Source: Vicugna vicugna (lineage: Eukaryota). Taken from it: DNA of 64,000 nt. Below, piece after piece: positions 26,813 to 40,892 of the stretch (its first letter is position 1; each line of letters begins with the position of its first letter). Where the stretch lies: positions 558,001 through 622,000 of the forward strand of contig MU058584.1 of assembly GCA_013265495.1 (NCBI GenBank), written 5' to 3'. The notes beneath the pieces were generated by a model. The model worked only from the letters and a program-made list of their open reading frames with translations. It ran no database searches and was not told where the DNA came from. The translations under genes were made by a program, and so were the position numbers.

Positions 26813-28422
26813 GAGGCATACCTAGGAGACACTGCGGGTTTGGTTTCAGACCACGGCAATAAAGTATTGCAATAAAGCCAGTAGCACAAATTTCCTGGTT
26901 TCCCAATGCAGATAAAAATTACGTTCAGACTACAATATAATAAACTACTATACTGTAGTCCATTAAATGTGCAATAGTATTATACCAAAAATAACTGTGC
27001 ATACCTTAATTAAAAATATTTCATTGCTAAAAAATGCTATCATCTGAGCAAACTGTAGTCTTTTTGCTGGTGGAGAGTCTTGCCTCAGTGTTCATGGCTG
27101 CTGACTGATCAGGGTGGTGGTTACTAAAGGTTGGGTTGACTGTGGCAAATTCTTAAAATAAGTCAGCGATGACGTTTGCCACATTGATTGACTTTCTTTT
27201 CAGGAACGATTTCTCTGTAGCGTGCAATGCTGTTTTATGGCATTTTACAACCACAATAGATCTTCTTTCATAATTGGAGTCATTCCTTTCAAACCCTGCT
27301 GCGGCTTTATCAACTAAGTTAACATAATATTCTAAATCCTTTGTTGTCACTTCACAGGTAGAGTAGATTTAGCATAATTCTTGAGGACCCTACCATTTTC
27401 AGAATGATAAATGAGCATTGACTTCAACTTCAAGTCACCAGCTGCATTAGCCCCTAATGAGAGTCAGCCTGTCATTTGAAGCTTTGAAGCCAGGTATCGA
27501 CTTTTCCTCTCTAGCTATGAAGGTCCTGAATGGCAGCATCTTTCCAATATAAGGCTATTTCATGCACATGGGAAGTCTGCTGTTCACCATGAACAATATT
27601 CGCTAGATCATCTGGATAACTTGCTACAGTTCCTACATCAGCACCCGCTGCTTTACCTGGTACTTTTTTGCTATAGAAACGGCCTTTTCTTAAGCCTAAC
27701 TCCTCTCAGCCTTCATAGAATTTAAGAGAGTTAGGACCTCGCTCTGGATTCGGGCTTTGGCTTGAAGGAATGTTGTGGCTGGTTTGAGCTTCTACCCAGA
27801 CCTCAGAAGCTTTCTCCATGTCAGCACTAGGCTGTTTCTTATCATCCTTGTGTTCACTGGAGTAGTACTTTGAATCTCCTTCAAGAACTTTTCCTTTGCG
27901 TTCACAGCTTAGCTAATTAGCTTTTGGCTTATCTCGGCTCAATCATTTCTAGCTTTTGATTTAAAGTGAGAGATGTGCGACCCTTCCTTTCACTTGATTA
28001 TGTAGGGGCCATTGCAGGTTTATTAGTTGGCCTAATTATAATATTGTTGTGTCTTAGGGAACAAGGAGGTCTGAGGAAGGGACAGAGATGGCCGACAAGT
28101 GAAACGGTCAGAATACATGCAACATACATTAAGGCTGCCGTTTTATATGGGTGCAGTTTATGTTGCCCCAAAACAAGTACAGTAGTAACATCAAAGATCA
28201 CCGATTACAGATCACCATAACAAATAATGAATAGCGACTGATAACAACTAATGAAAAACTTTGAAATATTGTGAGAATTACCAAAACATGGCACAGAGAC
28301 ACAAACTGAGCAAATACTGTTGGAAAAATGGTGCCAGCAAATTTGCTTGATGCAGGTTTGTCCCAAACCTTCAATTTGTAAAACTGCAGTATCTGCGAAG
28401 TGCAATAAAATGTATATGCTTA
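26813..28422 (-). mobile_element. Tigger1 DNA transposon, internally deleted and decayed
   Basis: TA-flanked terminal repeat remnants (gaggcatacct ... tatatgctta). Minus ORF 27153-27350 (MTTKDLEYYVNLVDKAAAGFER) resembles the Tigger1 transposase C-terminus. Confidence 0.88.
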
Positions 28423-30404
28423 TACTGATCTCTACCCATTAGCCATATTAAATCGGCACGACTCCAAATGTAATCGTCCGAGAACCCGCTGAGTTAGCAG
28501 GGAGTCTCTCAGAAGGAGTCCCGTGACTGGCGATTCACTTACTTCAGCCTTGGTTTGGGAACTCCACCGCTACAGAGAGAACGGCTGGCAAGTTTAGTTT
28601 TTAATGACTTCTGAGAAGCAGAGCTAGAACCTGAGAGGTTTTCTGATCCCTTCTGGGCTTCTGGCCTGGACATCTCCAGATGCTCTATGGGGGGAGGGGT
28701 GGGGGGGAGGAACTGCTTTGTTCCTGCTATTAGGATCTTCAGGGATGAGGGGCAGCCTCCTCCTGTAGCTCGCTTCCATGTTTTGCCACCCTGTTGTGAC
28801 ACTATTTCTTTTAATAGTATTTCCTGAACACGTTCTCTGTGCCAGATCCTTGAGAAACATGAACGAGACACACCCTTGGCCTTAAGACCAGGAGGGCACA
28901 CTTGATGTTAAGTGCACTGACAGATGGACGCAGGGTGCCCCTCCTGGTGACCAATGGAAATCTCTCCTGCTCAAACACAGTTCCGTGTCGCCCTGTCCAC
29001 TCTTCCATGGGCAAGGAGAACCAGGTGCTCAGTTCCCAGCACCATCCACCTACTGAGAATCCATCAGCCCTCCCTCTCACAGGGTAAACCTCCTGATGGT
29101 CAAGAAGCTCACTTCTAGGCACAGGAGATGACAGAAAACAGCCCTCTCTTGATGCTCCTGCCTGCTGCTTTACAAAGGAGCTGGGTTACTGGTCTCCCAG
29201 GCCATGGACCAGGACCATCCTTGCTGTTACACACCGTTGCTACCCTCGACAGTCCATCTCCCAGCTCCTAGAGCAGCCAGGAGGAAGCCAAACACACTGT
29301 TTGCTCTCTAAATCCCAGGCTTGCCTCCCCAGATGACTCATGTGGGTTTGCATGGGGAGACTTGTTAGAACTGTTTGTTCTCCAAGGCAAGCCCTGCGAT
29401 GGCCAAGGCCGGGCTCCCTGGGTTAGCTTTAGAATTAGGGAATCGGCTCTTCATACTTCCTGCTTAGCTCATTAGCCTGTGCTGTTTTACTGTTGGTGCT
29501 TGGTCTCTGAAAGCTTTTAAGAAATTTTATTTGAAGACAGTAGTGATGAACCTAATCCCAAATGTAGAGAAAAAAATATTTCCCAGGAAATGCCAGGAAC
29601 TTACCAGGTGTTTTTAGGGAGCCCAAGAAAAAGAGAGGAACAGGGAATGAAAAAAATGCGAAATAGTAGGACTTTCATACATGTATTGAGCATGTGATCA
29701 GGGAATTGGTCACTGTCTTCAGTGGGAAATAGACTAGACAGGGCATGAAAAACCAGCCACCTGCCTCTCCTCCAGCAGTGCTGCCTTCTGCAGGCCCCTT
29801 CCCTAGCTTCTGCTCTTGGGGGGATGGTCTGAGTAAGGCTCTGACGGTGGGACACTGATACTGGGTGCGATGGTGCCTCAAATCTCCTTGTTCTTGTTTT
29901 TTATGCCTACAACCCCCCATCCATCTAACTCGGCCTGTAACGTGCAGTTGCAGGAACTGAAGCCCGGAGGTGAGATGATTCGCCCCTTATCCGACAGTCT
30001 GTTAAGAGCGTGGAGGGGGAAACCACAACCTCTCTGGACGCCCAGTTCAGGGTACTTTCCCTGGGCCATTTCCACGCCTGAGTTTGGCTGAGGTTGAGAA
30101 GACTGTCATCCTGTTTCCCAGGGTCCCCACACCCTGTCAACACAAGCGTCCTGCCAACCTGGCAGCGCAGTCACCTCCAGGCTCGAGGAAATGTTGTCTT
30201 TGCGTCAGGACTTTACAAAGATATTAAAATGAGAACATCTTATTGGATTAGAAATTTAGTGGACTTGAGTGGGAAGGTATGCGAAAGTGCTGTGAGGCCA
30301 GTGGCATCCCTGGGCACGACGGAACTGAAAACAGAAGTGTAGGGGAGGGAGGATGCTGTCGCTGTGTGGCCACCCCCTGCCCTGCCTTCTCTGTTGGCCC
30401 GCAG

Positions 30405-30571
30405 GCCGCCAGCTCACCGGGGCCGAGAGGGCTGCCACGGCTGCCGCAGAGGAGACGGACATCGATGCGGTTGAGGCCCCGCTCCCGGGGAATGACGTCC
30501 TGGAGTTCAGCCGAGGTGTGACCGACCTGGATGCTGTAGGGAAGGAAGGAGGCTCCCACACAGACTCCAAG
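30405..30571 (+). CDS. NOS1AP: NOS1AP coding exon (about exon 7)
   Basis: cgcag|GC acceptor, AAG|gtaagc donor. 167 nt encoding (G)RQLTGAERAATAAAEETDIDAVEAPLPGNDVLEFSRGVTDLDAVGKEGGSHTDSK. Phase 1 to 0. Confidence 0.95.
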
Positions 30572-32217
30572 GTAAGCGGAAGTGGCCCATCCAGGTGATC
30601 TGCATGTCTGCACGTGTGTCACCTCCCAGAGTGGCCTGTGTCACAGCCTCAGCCGCCATCAGTCACCTCTTAGCCCCTGTGGGGTCAGCTTTAGAGTGAG
30701 GTACTCCCCAGCACAGTGGTGGTTCCAGAGCTTGGTTTACTTCCTCTCAGATGGGACTGACCTGTAGACGTTCAGCCAGTGTGGACACTGGATGCTCCTG
30801 CGGGTCAGGATGCCACAGAGCTCACTCCTGACGTGCGCCGCTCTCCAGGGTCTCCTCGGTACTGGTCCCCTTCTTCCCACTGGCAGCCACACCCTCGATG
30901 GCACCTCATCCCGACACAGCACCTGTACCAGGCTAATCCTTGCACAACACCACGTGATCCCCTGGGGCTTAGCTGATGGGCCAGAGTGCGTGGGCTTCCT
31001 CTGCCGGCAGCTGGCAGTTGTGTGCCTTTGCTGCTCCTGTGTAACAGCACTGGGGAGACTGGGAATTGGCCCATTGGAGGTTAGAAACTGCAGGACCACC
31101 TCAGGCATCATCACCTCCAACCTCACATCTTACGAGTGAGAAGATGGACGCCCCAAGGAGTTCCTGATATGATCCAGATTAAGAAACTAAGAACCTGAGA
31201 CCAAATTCCAGCCAGAAGACAAAACAAACAAACAACACCCCTACTCCGCCCCTCTCCCCACACACACAGAAGGAAAATCCTGACAAATTGCCCTTCCCTT
31301 GGATTCCCAGCCAGTTCTGTCTTTCCCCATCACGCGCTGCCTTTTCTCGGGTGGAGGTCGTCAGGCTAGTTTACTAGGAGGAGAAGTCTGTCCAGTTTGA
31401 AGGGCAGTACAGTTCCAGACTGTCTGCCTGATACTTTCTTCTGCCCCCGGTTTGTACAAAAGCCCTCTGCCAGTGGGTGCCTTCCTCTTGCATATCTGAA
31501 GAGAGACCAGCAGTAGAATTGCAAGAAATAAAATCTCTCCCTGTGAACCAGACTTCTCTGGATCACAGAAGCCATCTGAGTGAAAGTGTCCAACTACCAG
31601 GAGGGAGACGGGAGGGAAGGGAACGGAGCTATCAGAGAGAGCTCTCCAAAGCACTGTCTGCTTTAGTGTGCAGACTTTCTTCCCTCATGGCGCTCACTGT
31701 GGGAGCAGGAGGTGCTGGGCTGGCGCCCCTCCCTCACAGGCCTCTTCCTCCAGTGGCCAACTCAGGAGAACCCTGCAGACCCTGGAGGAGGAAGCCCTAA
31801 GGATCCAGTAAAGTAAAGGTGGAAGCCACCTCCTTCCTGTCTCATAGTGGGGTGGTAGGTCGAAATCTTTCAGAGAACTAGATCCCTCTAAGTGCAGAAC
31901 CTCGGGTAACTCAACAACACGGTCTAGTTGGAAGCTATGGGCAAGAGATGGGACAGTATCAGCTGCCTCGTCTCCGTCACATCCCATCAGTTACTAAGGT
32001 GTCCAAATAGGATTTTCTGACTCTTGTCCCAGCCCAGGTAGCCATACCATCTCCTCCACGGGTTCCGTCCACAGTTCTACTGAAGACACAGCATTTCCAG
32101 CTCTTGGTTATAAGTGGACCATTTCACCCCATCCTCGTACATGCTGGGTGTATTACAATTAGGCCCCTAAAGATGGCGCCTGCCCAGGGTCATGTCCTGT
32201 CTTCTCTTCTCCTCCAG

Positions 32218-32397
32218 GTTTCACCCCACCCCCAGGAGCCCATGCTCACAGCCTCACCCAGGATGCTCCTGCCCTCTTCTTCCTCGAAGCCCCCAGGCTT
32301 GGGCACGGGGACACCACTGTCCACCCACCACCAGATGCAGCTCCTCCAGCAGCTCCTCCAGCAGCAGCAGCAGCAGACACAAGTGGCTGTGGCCCAG
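32218..32397 (+). CDS. NOS1AP: NOS1AP coding exon (about exon 8), Gln-rich start of the coiled coil
   Basis: ctccag|GTT acceptor. 180 nt encoding VSPHPQEPMLTASPRMLLPSSSSKPPGLGTGTPLSTHHQMQLLQQLLQQQQQQTQVAVAQ. Weak donor CAG|gttctc, phase 0. Confidence 0.93.
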
Positions 32398-35300
32398 GTT
32401 CTCCTCAGCCTCCTCCCTACTTCGCAGGCTCCACTCTCATGGGCTTGATGCGCCTTCCCTAGCGAGGGGCACAGGGCAGGTTTAAAACCTAGGGAGCTGG
32501 AGGGGATGGCTCATGCTGTTGGATCATTGCTTGTTGGGGAACGGAGGAGGCGGGGATGGGAGAGATGGGGGATGCAGTTGAAATGGGAAGAAATGTTTTG
32601 ATTTCTCGTGTATCCCCTGCTCTGAATTGGGCTTGGCTGGCTTGGCTGGATGTTGTTGGATAATGACTTGAACTTACGAAGGAACAAAATGCATATAGTC
32701 CACCCTTCCTTTCCTGCCTTCTTCTCCTGGAGTTTGGGGTAGGCAGGAATGCCTTTGGAGTCAAGACAGGTGTGACTCCGTGATACCACTTTTAGAAGAG
32801 CTTAAAGTATGAATTTGTGCCAAACACTCTTGTGGCCGCTACCATCCTGGAATCCCACCCGCCTTGTCCATACAGGTGTCCATGCCTCCGTTAGTCATCC
32901 ACTCATTCCAGGCAGGATCTGATAACCATATTGTCCTTGGAGTTCATCATAATGAAATTTAACTTACAGGAACTTCGATGTAGTATTTGAGCCATAATGG
33001 GAACTGGCTTAGATTTCAGGAGCCAAGTGCTGTTTGACCCCTGAAGGCTTGTAGGGCTGCTGCTGCTTCATAAAGGAGGGGGGAGCCGACTTCCCTGCTG
33101 CCTTTAGCAGGGATTTCTTCTGCTTGCTCCCGTGGAGGGCACTGTGGTCCACTTCTTCCTTGGAACTTGTGAGTCTGAGCTTCGTCTTCTCCATGGGCAG
33201 TCAGGGAATGGCGAAGACTTGATCGTTCGTACCAGTAAAGGCTGAATCCTGAGGTGAGAGTCAGGGTCAGGACCTGGGTGGGCGGATGAAGACAGTGAAG
33301 AGAGCTGGGAGAGCTGGTGAGAGCTCTGGGAAGGTGGCTCTGTGCTTTGGCATTCTACATCTGCTTAGCCAGGCTGACCTCTGCGGCTTTCTGCTTTCTG
33401 TAGTGAGAACAGGGAAGCCTTCTCTAGGGAGCACTTTTTGACCCTCGTCATTTCTTCTGCTCACTCTTCTCATGACCCTCGGTCAAGTGAATCACCCAGA
33501 CAGAGCTGTCTTTTCCCCCACATACCCCTTGAGGAAGCACCCCGCAGCCTAATCAAAATGATGCAATGACTTGGGTCTTAAAAAGACCTTCTTACAACAG
33601 TCTCACACTGACCTGGGCCTGAGTCCCAGCCTCATGGGCACCTTTTGCAGCTGGGTTTCAAGAGAGTAGAATCAGTGGGGCACTGCTCGCAAGTGATTTG
33701 AACCTTTTTAAAAATCCTGATCCGGAACCAAAAGGATGTGTACTGATCCTGGGAGGATTCGCATGTGTTCCCAAAACAGCAACAAATAGGAGGAATTTCA
33801 TCAATGGCTTCTTCTTATATTTGGGGGAAAAAAAATCATTGTCTTTTGTCAAATGACAGAATTCATCTCCTCTAGTTAATAATGGCGCGGCAGTCCCGAG
33901 AATCCCCGCCTCCGGGGTGTGAGGGCTGACGGCAGCACAAAGCCTGACGGCTCCAGCACAGGGCCAGTCGGAACTCACAGCATTTCCAAAAGTTTCCCAT
34001 TGAATACAGATTCATTCTCCAGTGGTGATACTTTTCTCTTTCAGCATATCAATTGCCAAGTAATTATTATTTATCTAAGAATGGGCTTGATGCATATTCA
34101 TGATGAATATTATCAGAGAGGTATTTGAATTTGAAGTCACTGCTAAATAACAAAAGAAACTATTTGCAAATGTGTAATCTGTACAAGGAGAAGAGTGTTG
34201 TGGCAGTCGAAGGCCCCGCACTCTGTCTGCAAAGTCACAGGCCTGTGAGAGATTATGGGTCTCCCACCGCCAGAATGAAGCCTGAGGGTGGTTCTCTGGT
34301 CCAGAATCGAGCATCTGTCTCACTGGAAGATGACTGCCCTGGCCCTATTTTAATTGCTTCTCTCCTAGAAGACAGTGAGGCTAAGGGAGGGGAAGAATGT
34401 GGTGCTTGTAGGTCATTCATGAGCCTCTCTCTGTTCCAGCCACTTCCACAGGCTGGCCCTGTCAGCCTCTCATGCATTTGGAATCTGTTGATTATAGATG
34501 GGGTCCCCTGGCTGAGTCTCAGTTCGGGCAGTGACATGATTGGAAAGCCACCAGAGTGCATCAGTATCCCACGTTGATGAGATGACCCTGGGTGGGGTCA
34601 TAGACTTCTGAAATCTTCAAGTCAGACAGGACCTTGAGATCATCAGACAGCTTCTGGAGCAGACTTCTCTGCCCCTCTCTGCATAGGTAGTCCCTTCAGT
34701 TTGCATCTTGCTTTGCTGCCCAGGAATGCAGCAGAGGTATTGCTGTACCTCTCACCTCATCTATTGTCCAGACTGATTCAGTCCTACACCAGCCGTCAGC
34801 TACAGCTTTCTCTGCACCTTCCTCTCCCACTCTCTTTGTAGCAATTGATCCAAAGGCTTCTTATTCGTACCCATATCTGTGGGTATAAACAGTTATAAAA
34901 GGTATATAGGTGGATCAGTAGACAGGTCTTCTTGGCATCTTTCATGCATTTAAAAGACATCAAATCCGGCATACTTGGTTTCTCTGCACAGTGGGATTGA
35001 TCTCAGTGTCTAGCATGAGGTCAGTTTTTACTTAATTCTGTCCGATTCTATTGCCGCCAAACTGCAAAGTGTCTGTCTTTCTTTGTTAAACCACCAGCAG
35101 TCCCCAGAATTCCAGTGGGTAATACTGTGACCTCAGCACTTCAGGTGGGAACACATTTTCCTTTTCTCTGGGCACATCTAAATCCTCCTAACGTGGCTCC
35201 TGGGAAGAGCTAAGGATAAAGACAGAGCTTCAGGGAAACAGGTGCACTCTTGGGGTCCTTTGCTGCATGATTTATGCCTCCCTCCCCCATTTATTCTCAC

Positions 35301-38300
35301 AAGCCAGTCTGGTTCTACTGTGGTCGTTGGGACCAGGCTTAGATCTCCTTCATGGTGTTCTGATTTGGTCTAAGACCTCAAGACCTCTCCCAGCCTCCCC
35401 CTAAACTGGTCCAGAGCTGGTCTAGAAAGGGTCTGCCCTGGCCCTACAGGTACATGGGCAAAGGTACTGCTCAGCTGATTCTAGGTTAGACCTCAGTGTG
35501 TAAATAGTGAATCCCAAGCCCCTCAGAACACTTTCCCCACCCAGCATGAGGCTTGCCTGGCTGCACTAGCTTCCTGCTTTTGGATGGACCAGAAGTTCAA
35601 GGGTGCAAATGAGAATATAGCCAAGCCTTGAACCGAAGCTGAGATGTAGCTGGCACCCGCATGGCCACAGGCTGGGCCCATATAGCTCCAGAACTGATCT
35701 GGGCACTGCAGCTGACTGGCAACAGTTAAGGAGGCCAGATTCCTTCACTTTGCCAATTCCTGGCCCAACTCTTGGCAAAATTGTTAGCGCAACTCAGTAT
35801 TTGCTGTTTAAAGACTCCTCTACCTGTTGCCACTTGCACTTGTTCTGAAACAAGTGCTTGGCTACTTATGCTTTGCAATTGTGTGTGCCCTAGTTATAGT
35901 CAGAGGAACAGCGCACCCCTCCGCACCCCACCCCCAGGCCCTAGATTTAGCATCCATCCTCGCGGCCTCTCCCAGTCCCCAGCGCCCTGGGTGCACTGCC
36001 CAAGTCCCTGCCTTATGCATGTGAGACAGCGCCGCCCGCCTCCGCTTGTATGTCCGGTGTCGGGGGTGGGGGGGGCGAATTGCTCTGGTTCTCTCCACTG
36101 CCATTTCCATGTGCCTGCCGCTCCCTAACTTCAGCCTGGCCCTGCCCCCACTTCTTACGGAGGAGCTGGAGTCCAGGCAAGTAGGCTGGAGAGCGAGTGG
36201 GCAGTGGTCTGGTGTTGCTGGGTGGGTTGAGGGTGGGTATCCGAGTTTCGGGAAGCGGCGCAGAGCTGGAGGGTGACTTTGTCTGTGACCGGAATAGTGA
36301 TTGCCAGAGACCCCACAGCTCTGGAGAGGCAAAGCTAACTCTGCCTTTTCAGAAATTAATGTGGCCTGCCTTTGCGAAAGGTGTTTGATGCTTTAAAAGA
36401 AGAGTGTGATGAATACAAATAAATCCCATCTGGTAGGGAGGAGGTGGTGGTATCTGCCCCCTGTGGTACGCGGAAGTGTGTGCACAGCTGTAGCCAACTG
36501 CCCAAGGCAAGGCTGAAAATAATGCCGCCTCATTTAGGTGCTTCAAGGCCAGACCTACATATGCAAAATGCAGGGACTATAAAATTTCCTCAAATGTAAA
36601 GGAAGTGAGGCCGTTTTGTCCCCACTTGGCCTGGTTTGCGTTCCCCTGTGGTGCAGACGGCTGCAGCGAGAGGTCTGAGCCTTAAGCCTGCTGCCACTTT
36701 TGACGGCTGCAGAAGCAGAAGGGCTCATTAGAGCTGGTTTGGGGCAGCGGCAATGGCATGTGCTCTCATGTTCCCAGGGTTTGAAAACACCTGAAATGTT
36801 ATAACTCTGCATTTGCAAAGCTAGAATTCTTACTTAACCTAGTACAAGGAGCATGCAAGCACAGCATTTTCTTGTAGTACTGAGGACCAGTGGATTCGTG
36901 ATGGAGACTTTTAATTCGAGGTCGTCTTTTATGTATTGAGGTTACCTCTGCCACTGGAAAGGTTACCTGCAAAAGAAACTTCCAACCTTTTTTCCCTTGG
37001 CTTCTGTAGGAGGGAACTCCTTTTTTGTCCCCAGTCCTAATTCTCTGACTTCCCAGTGGAAATCTAGGGATGTTCTTCAGTGAACCTGTAATGAATGGCC
37101 CCCAGTACCAACTACTACATTCAGCTGGACTTGGAATCATAGACTGTCTAAGCCTCTAGCCAACCTTCTTAGTTGAAAGATGGAGAAAGTGAAGTCCAGG
37201 TAGAAGTGAATTACCCAGTTATAGAGAGTAACCAACAGACTCAAGCATCCTGGTCCAGTGCTCTCAAATGGCCTCTTCTGTTGGAATGTTCAGATGTGGG
37301 ATTCAGGCACCTGAGTCTATAACATGTGTGTGCAGGGAGTCCTCCAGAGATGCCAGTTAGCAGTATGCAGAGTTCTCCATCTTCTCTATTTACATGCATT
37401 GAAAGTTTTGTTCCACATTTCTGCCTAATATTTCTGTTTTGTTCCAAAGAAACTAGAAAATGGATAATTAACAATTCTGTCTGCTCAGTACGTTCTTTTC
37501 AGTGATACTCTTAGTTGGAATAAGTTACATTACTTGCAGATGGAAGGTTAAGGTTGACCCTTCCTCTGGGGGCACTTCTTGGGGGGTTCTCCCAGCAATT
37601 GTTCTGTTTCTCAGAACCAACAGGATTTGGGGAATTCTCAGGTGAACTGTCTCCATGTCTCAGTTTCCAAGGAAGATGGAGGCTTAATAGCCACCCACCA
37701 TCTGATATCCAGATTAAAATCTCATTGCCACTCCTTTCCCAGTTCTCAGCCCTCTCGAGACCTTTGCTTCGTTTATACACGGCAGGAAATGAAGCTGATG
37801 TCAGTTGTCTTTAGCAGCTCCTCTTGGAGGACAGGTTTACTTTAGGTGCTTTAGGCGTCCTCCCCCTGGGAGAAAGATAGGCCCAACCTTGGGAGCCGCT
37901 AATGGAAAGTGGCAGCTAATCTCATTAGTGGCTCCACTTGGAAGCAGAACCAACTACAAGATCAGGTCCTGAGAAATGGGCGGGGCGAAGCGGCTGCTGC
38001 ATCCAGGAGTGTGATCTCTGAGTGCTGGCTGCTGGGAGGGGCGGGCGCTGGACTGGCAGGGCCCTCAGTCAGGCTCGGCCAGGCTGTGGGGCAGAGATGA
38101 TCATTTACTCCCTGATGGAACGTGACGGAATCTCTGGAGCAGCCTGCTCTTCAGAAACCCAGAGCACCTGTTGGCTGAGCCAGAGAGATAGCTCTTAGGA
38201 CTCCTTCCTTCTCTCTCCTCCACTCCTGGTTTCACCTGTCCCGCCCCCTCATCCTGACTCCACCTCATGTTTTTGGTTCCAGAAAACCCTCTTTCCTGCA

Positions 38301-39276
38301 GGCTGCCTCGGTCCAGGTCACCAAATTTATCAGCTCCCCCTATTCAGGGACCTGCAGAAACCTTCCATAGAGACCCCTTTATCCACATCTTAGCACAAAA
38401 ATCACATTCGTGTGAATATTGTCATTGCCTTGTGACTCAGTTTCTTTAAGCCAGGGTCCTGATAGGGTCGCCCCACACCTCCCTCCACTGAGCACGCGGG
38501 GTGTGCCGTTGCCAGCTGCTCTCCTCAGGTCCCCTTCCTCCCACAGACGGCGGCTCTCTGAGCTGTTCACTCAGCTCTGCCGGGGCTTCTGGTTGAGGCC
38601 CTGTTGTGAGTCAGCCAGCAGACGTTTGACCTCGACCAGGTATGAAGCAGGCTCCTAGGTTCCCAGGGAAATATAGAGGAAATGGATGGTCAGGGAAGGA
38701 AGCTGACACACACAGACGTGAAAAGACAGGCTTGGCTCCAACCACCTCATTAACTTAGAAAGGGCCCGTGTAGGGCTTCCTGTTTCTCATTATGTTTGGG
38801 TGTGAGGAAGGATTGTGTGGGGGTTTACTGTGATGTTCTTCTTAGCTAGTGGGTCAGCATATCAGTTTTTCATTTTGTTTCTTAAAAGATGAGACAAAGG
38901 TACCTTCCTCAACATGGTTAATATGTTAGTTGTCAAAGGGGTTCTGACAGGGCTGGAGCAGGGGCAGGGTCTGGGGCGCAGCTTACCTTTCTTACCTTTT
39001 GCTCTTGGTGTGGGGCTTGGAGTGGTTCGTGAGAGACGCATCACAGCCCTCACTCGGGGCACAGATCCAGTGACCCAGCTGTTTTGGGCTTCTGTGAATT
39101 ACCAGCCGAGGTGCCCATTTCGCCTGGACAGGGCTTCTTCATCTTGAATTGGACCTGGAAGGCATCTCTGGTCCCGGCCATCCACCAGCGGCTCTCGTTT
39201 GCATTCACATCCCTCTCTTCTCTCTGTCCTGTCTTCTTGTCGCCTTCTCCGTCTCCTCCTCCCCCTCCCTCTGCAG

Positions 39277-39442
39277 GTTCACTTGCTGAAGGACCAGCTG
39301 GCTGCTGAGGCTGCGGCGCGGCTGGAGGCCCAGGCGCGTGTGCACCAGCTCCTGCTGCAGAACAAGGACATGCTCCAGCACATCTCGCTGCTGGTCAAGC
39401 AGGTGCAGGAGCTGGAGCTGAAGCTGTCAGGACAGAATGCCA
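39277..39442 (+). CDS. NOS1AP: NOS1AP coding exon (about exon 9), coiled-coil region
   Basis: Long pyrimidine tract + ctgcag|GTT, donor CCA|gtaagc. 166 nt encoding [55 protein letters not shown]. Phase 0 to 1. Confidence 0.96.
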
Positions 39443-40892
39443 GTAAGCGAGGGCCCTGCCCAGTCTCACCTCCCTCTGTGCAGGCTCTGGAAGCTCGTAT
39501 TCTCTTTCTTGAAGCTTTGGGTGGTGCTTTATTGGACTCCTGACCTGCCCTGATATTCCATCAGAAAACAAAAGCAGCTCTGTTCATCCCGTCCATACGC
39601 TTCACGGAATTACAGAACGATGGGACCAGAGAAGATCTTGGCTGCCTTCTCAGCCAACGCCCAGGCTTGACCTTGAATGTCCCCAGGAGTCACCACCACA
39701 AGTTCACCTAGCCTCTCCTCGATGGGGGCCTGGGCTCTGTATACCCAGAGGCTGCCTATTTCTTTCTCAGAGGGCTTTGCCAGCCCAGATGCCCTGAGCA
39801 CCTGTCGTGCACCTCATGCTCTCTGCAAGCTCACGGGAGACATCGGCCTGCTTAGTAGTTTACTCCGTCTGCACTGTCACAACTCAGTAGCATAGAAAAG
39901 GCTGGTAGCAGCCTGTCAACTAAATGAACAGGGCAGAGGAGTAACTGGGCAGAGAGCTCTGCTGGTTAGCGGCAGAGGTCGCCTGGCTCCTGGCCTGAGA
40001 TGCCTGCCTCTACACCCAGCTGCCTCCAGGCTGCACTGGGAAGTACCAGAAGGCAGCGCACCTCCATGCCTTCCTCTTGAGCTCACCCGTGGGTTATCTG
40101 CCTGCTGTAAGAGTAGGTTGGCTGTGGACCCACAGATATCCATTGGATCATCTCTGCTGCCAGGAACTAGTAGAATTTCATATCACTCATTTAACCCTTA
40201 TAGTGGTAGATGATGATGTGCCCACTTTACAGATGAGGAAATAGAGCTTAAGTAGCTAGCTCACCATTACAGGACTAGCAAGGTGTGGAGCCAAGACTCA
40301 AACCCAGGTCTGATTGTATAAATGAATGCTTTCCCTATCATACCAGTAGTTCTCCCAAACTATCCTTTTCCAAAAAAATGGATATTTCCAGATGCAACCC
40401 ACAGAGATTCTGCATTGGTTGATCTGGGGCAGGGCTGATAACTCTATTTTTAAAGTGGCTCAAAGGTATGGACTGGGATCCACTGTACTTCATCACTGTG
40501 GAAGCCACTCCGGAGGCTAATTTTTCTTTATTGAGGCTCTGTTATATTTTAATTAATGACGGTTTACAAGGCACATTAAACGTTACTGCATGCTTTTAAC
40601 ATAGCTCTTCAGTTTCTACCACACACCCCATACAAGACTTTCACTGGCCTGCCCAGCTCATCATGTGACTATGGTTGCCCTGCGTTCACCACCTTCCCCA
40701 AGCTCCTCCCCTCCAGCCTGGTGCGTCCCCGCTGTGTGGGGTGGGCGGAAGGGCCGCAGAGATGCAGAACCGCTGTGAGGTGCTGCTCAGTTGTCCGGGG
40801 CGTTGCTGGTTGGGAGTGGGCGTCTTCAGAGGGTGGCTTCTAAACCAACCACCTTGCTAATGTCGCCCTCACCCTCTTGTCTCCCTCTCCAG

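Noticed and set aside
32359..32376. (CAG)6 as a repeat expansion
   Set aside because: It is short and matches the usual NOS1AP Gln tract.
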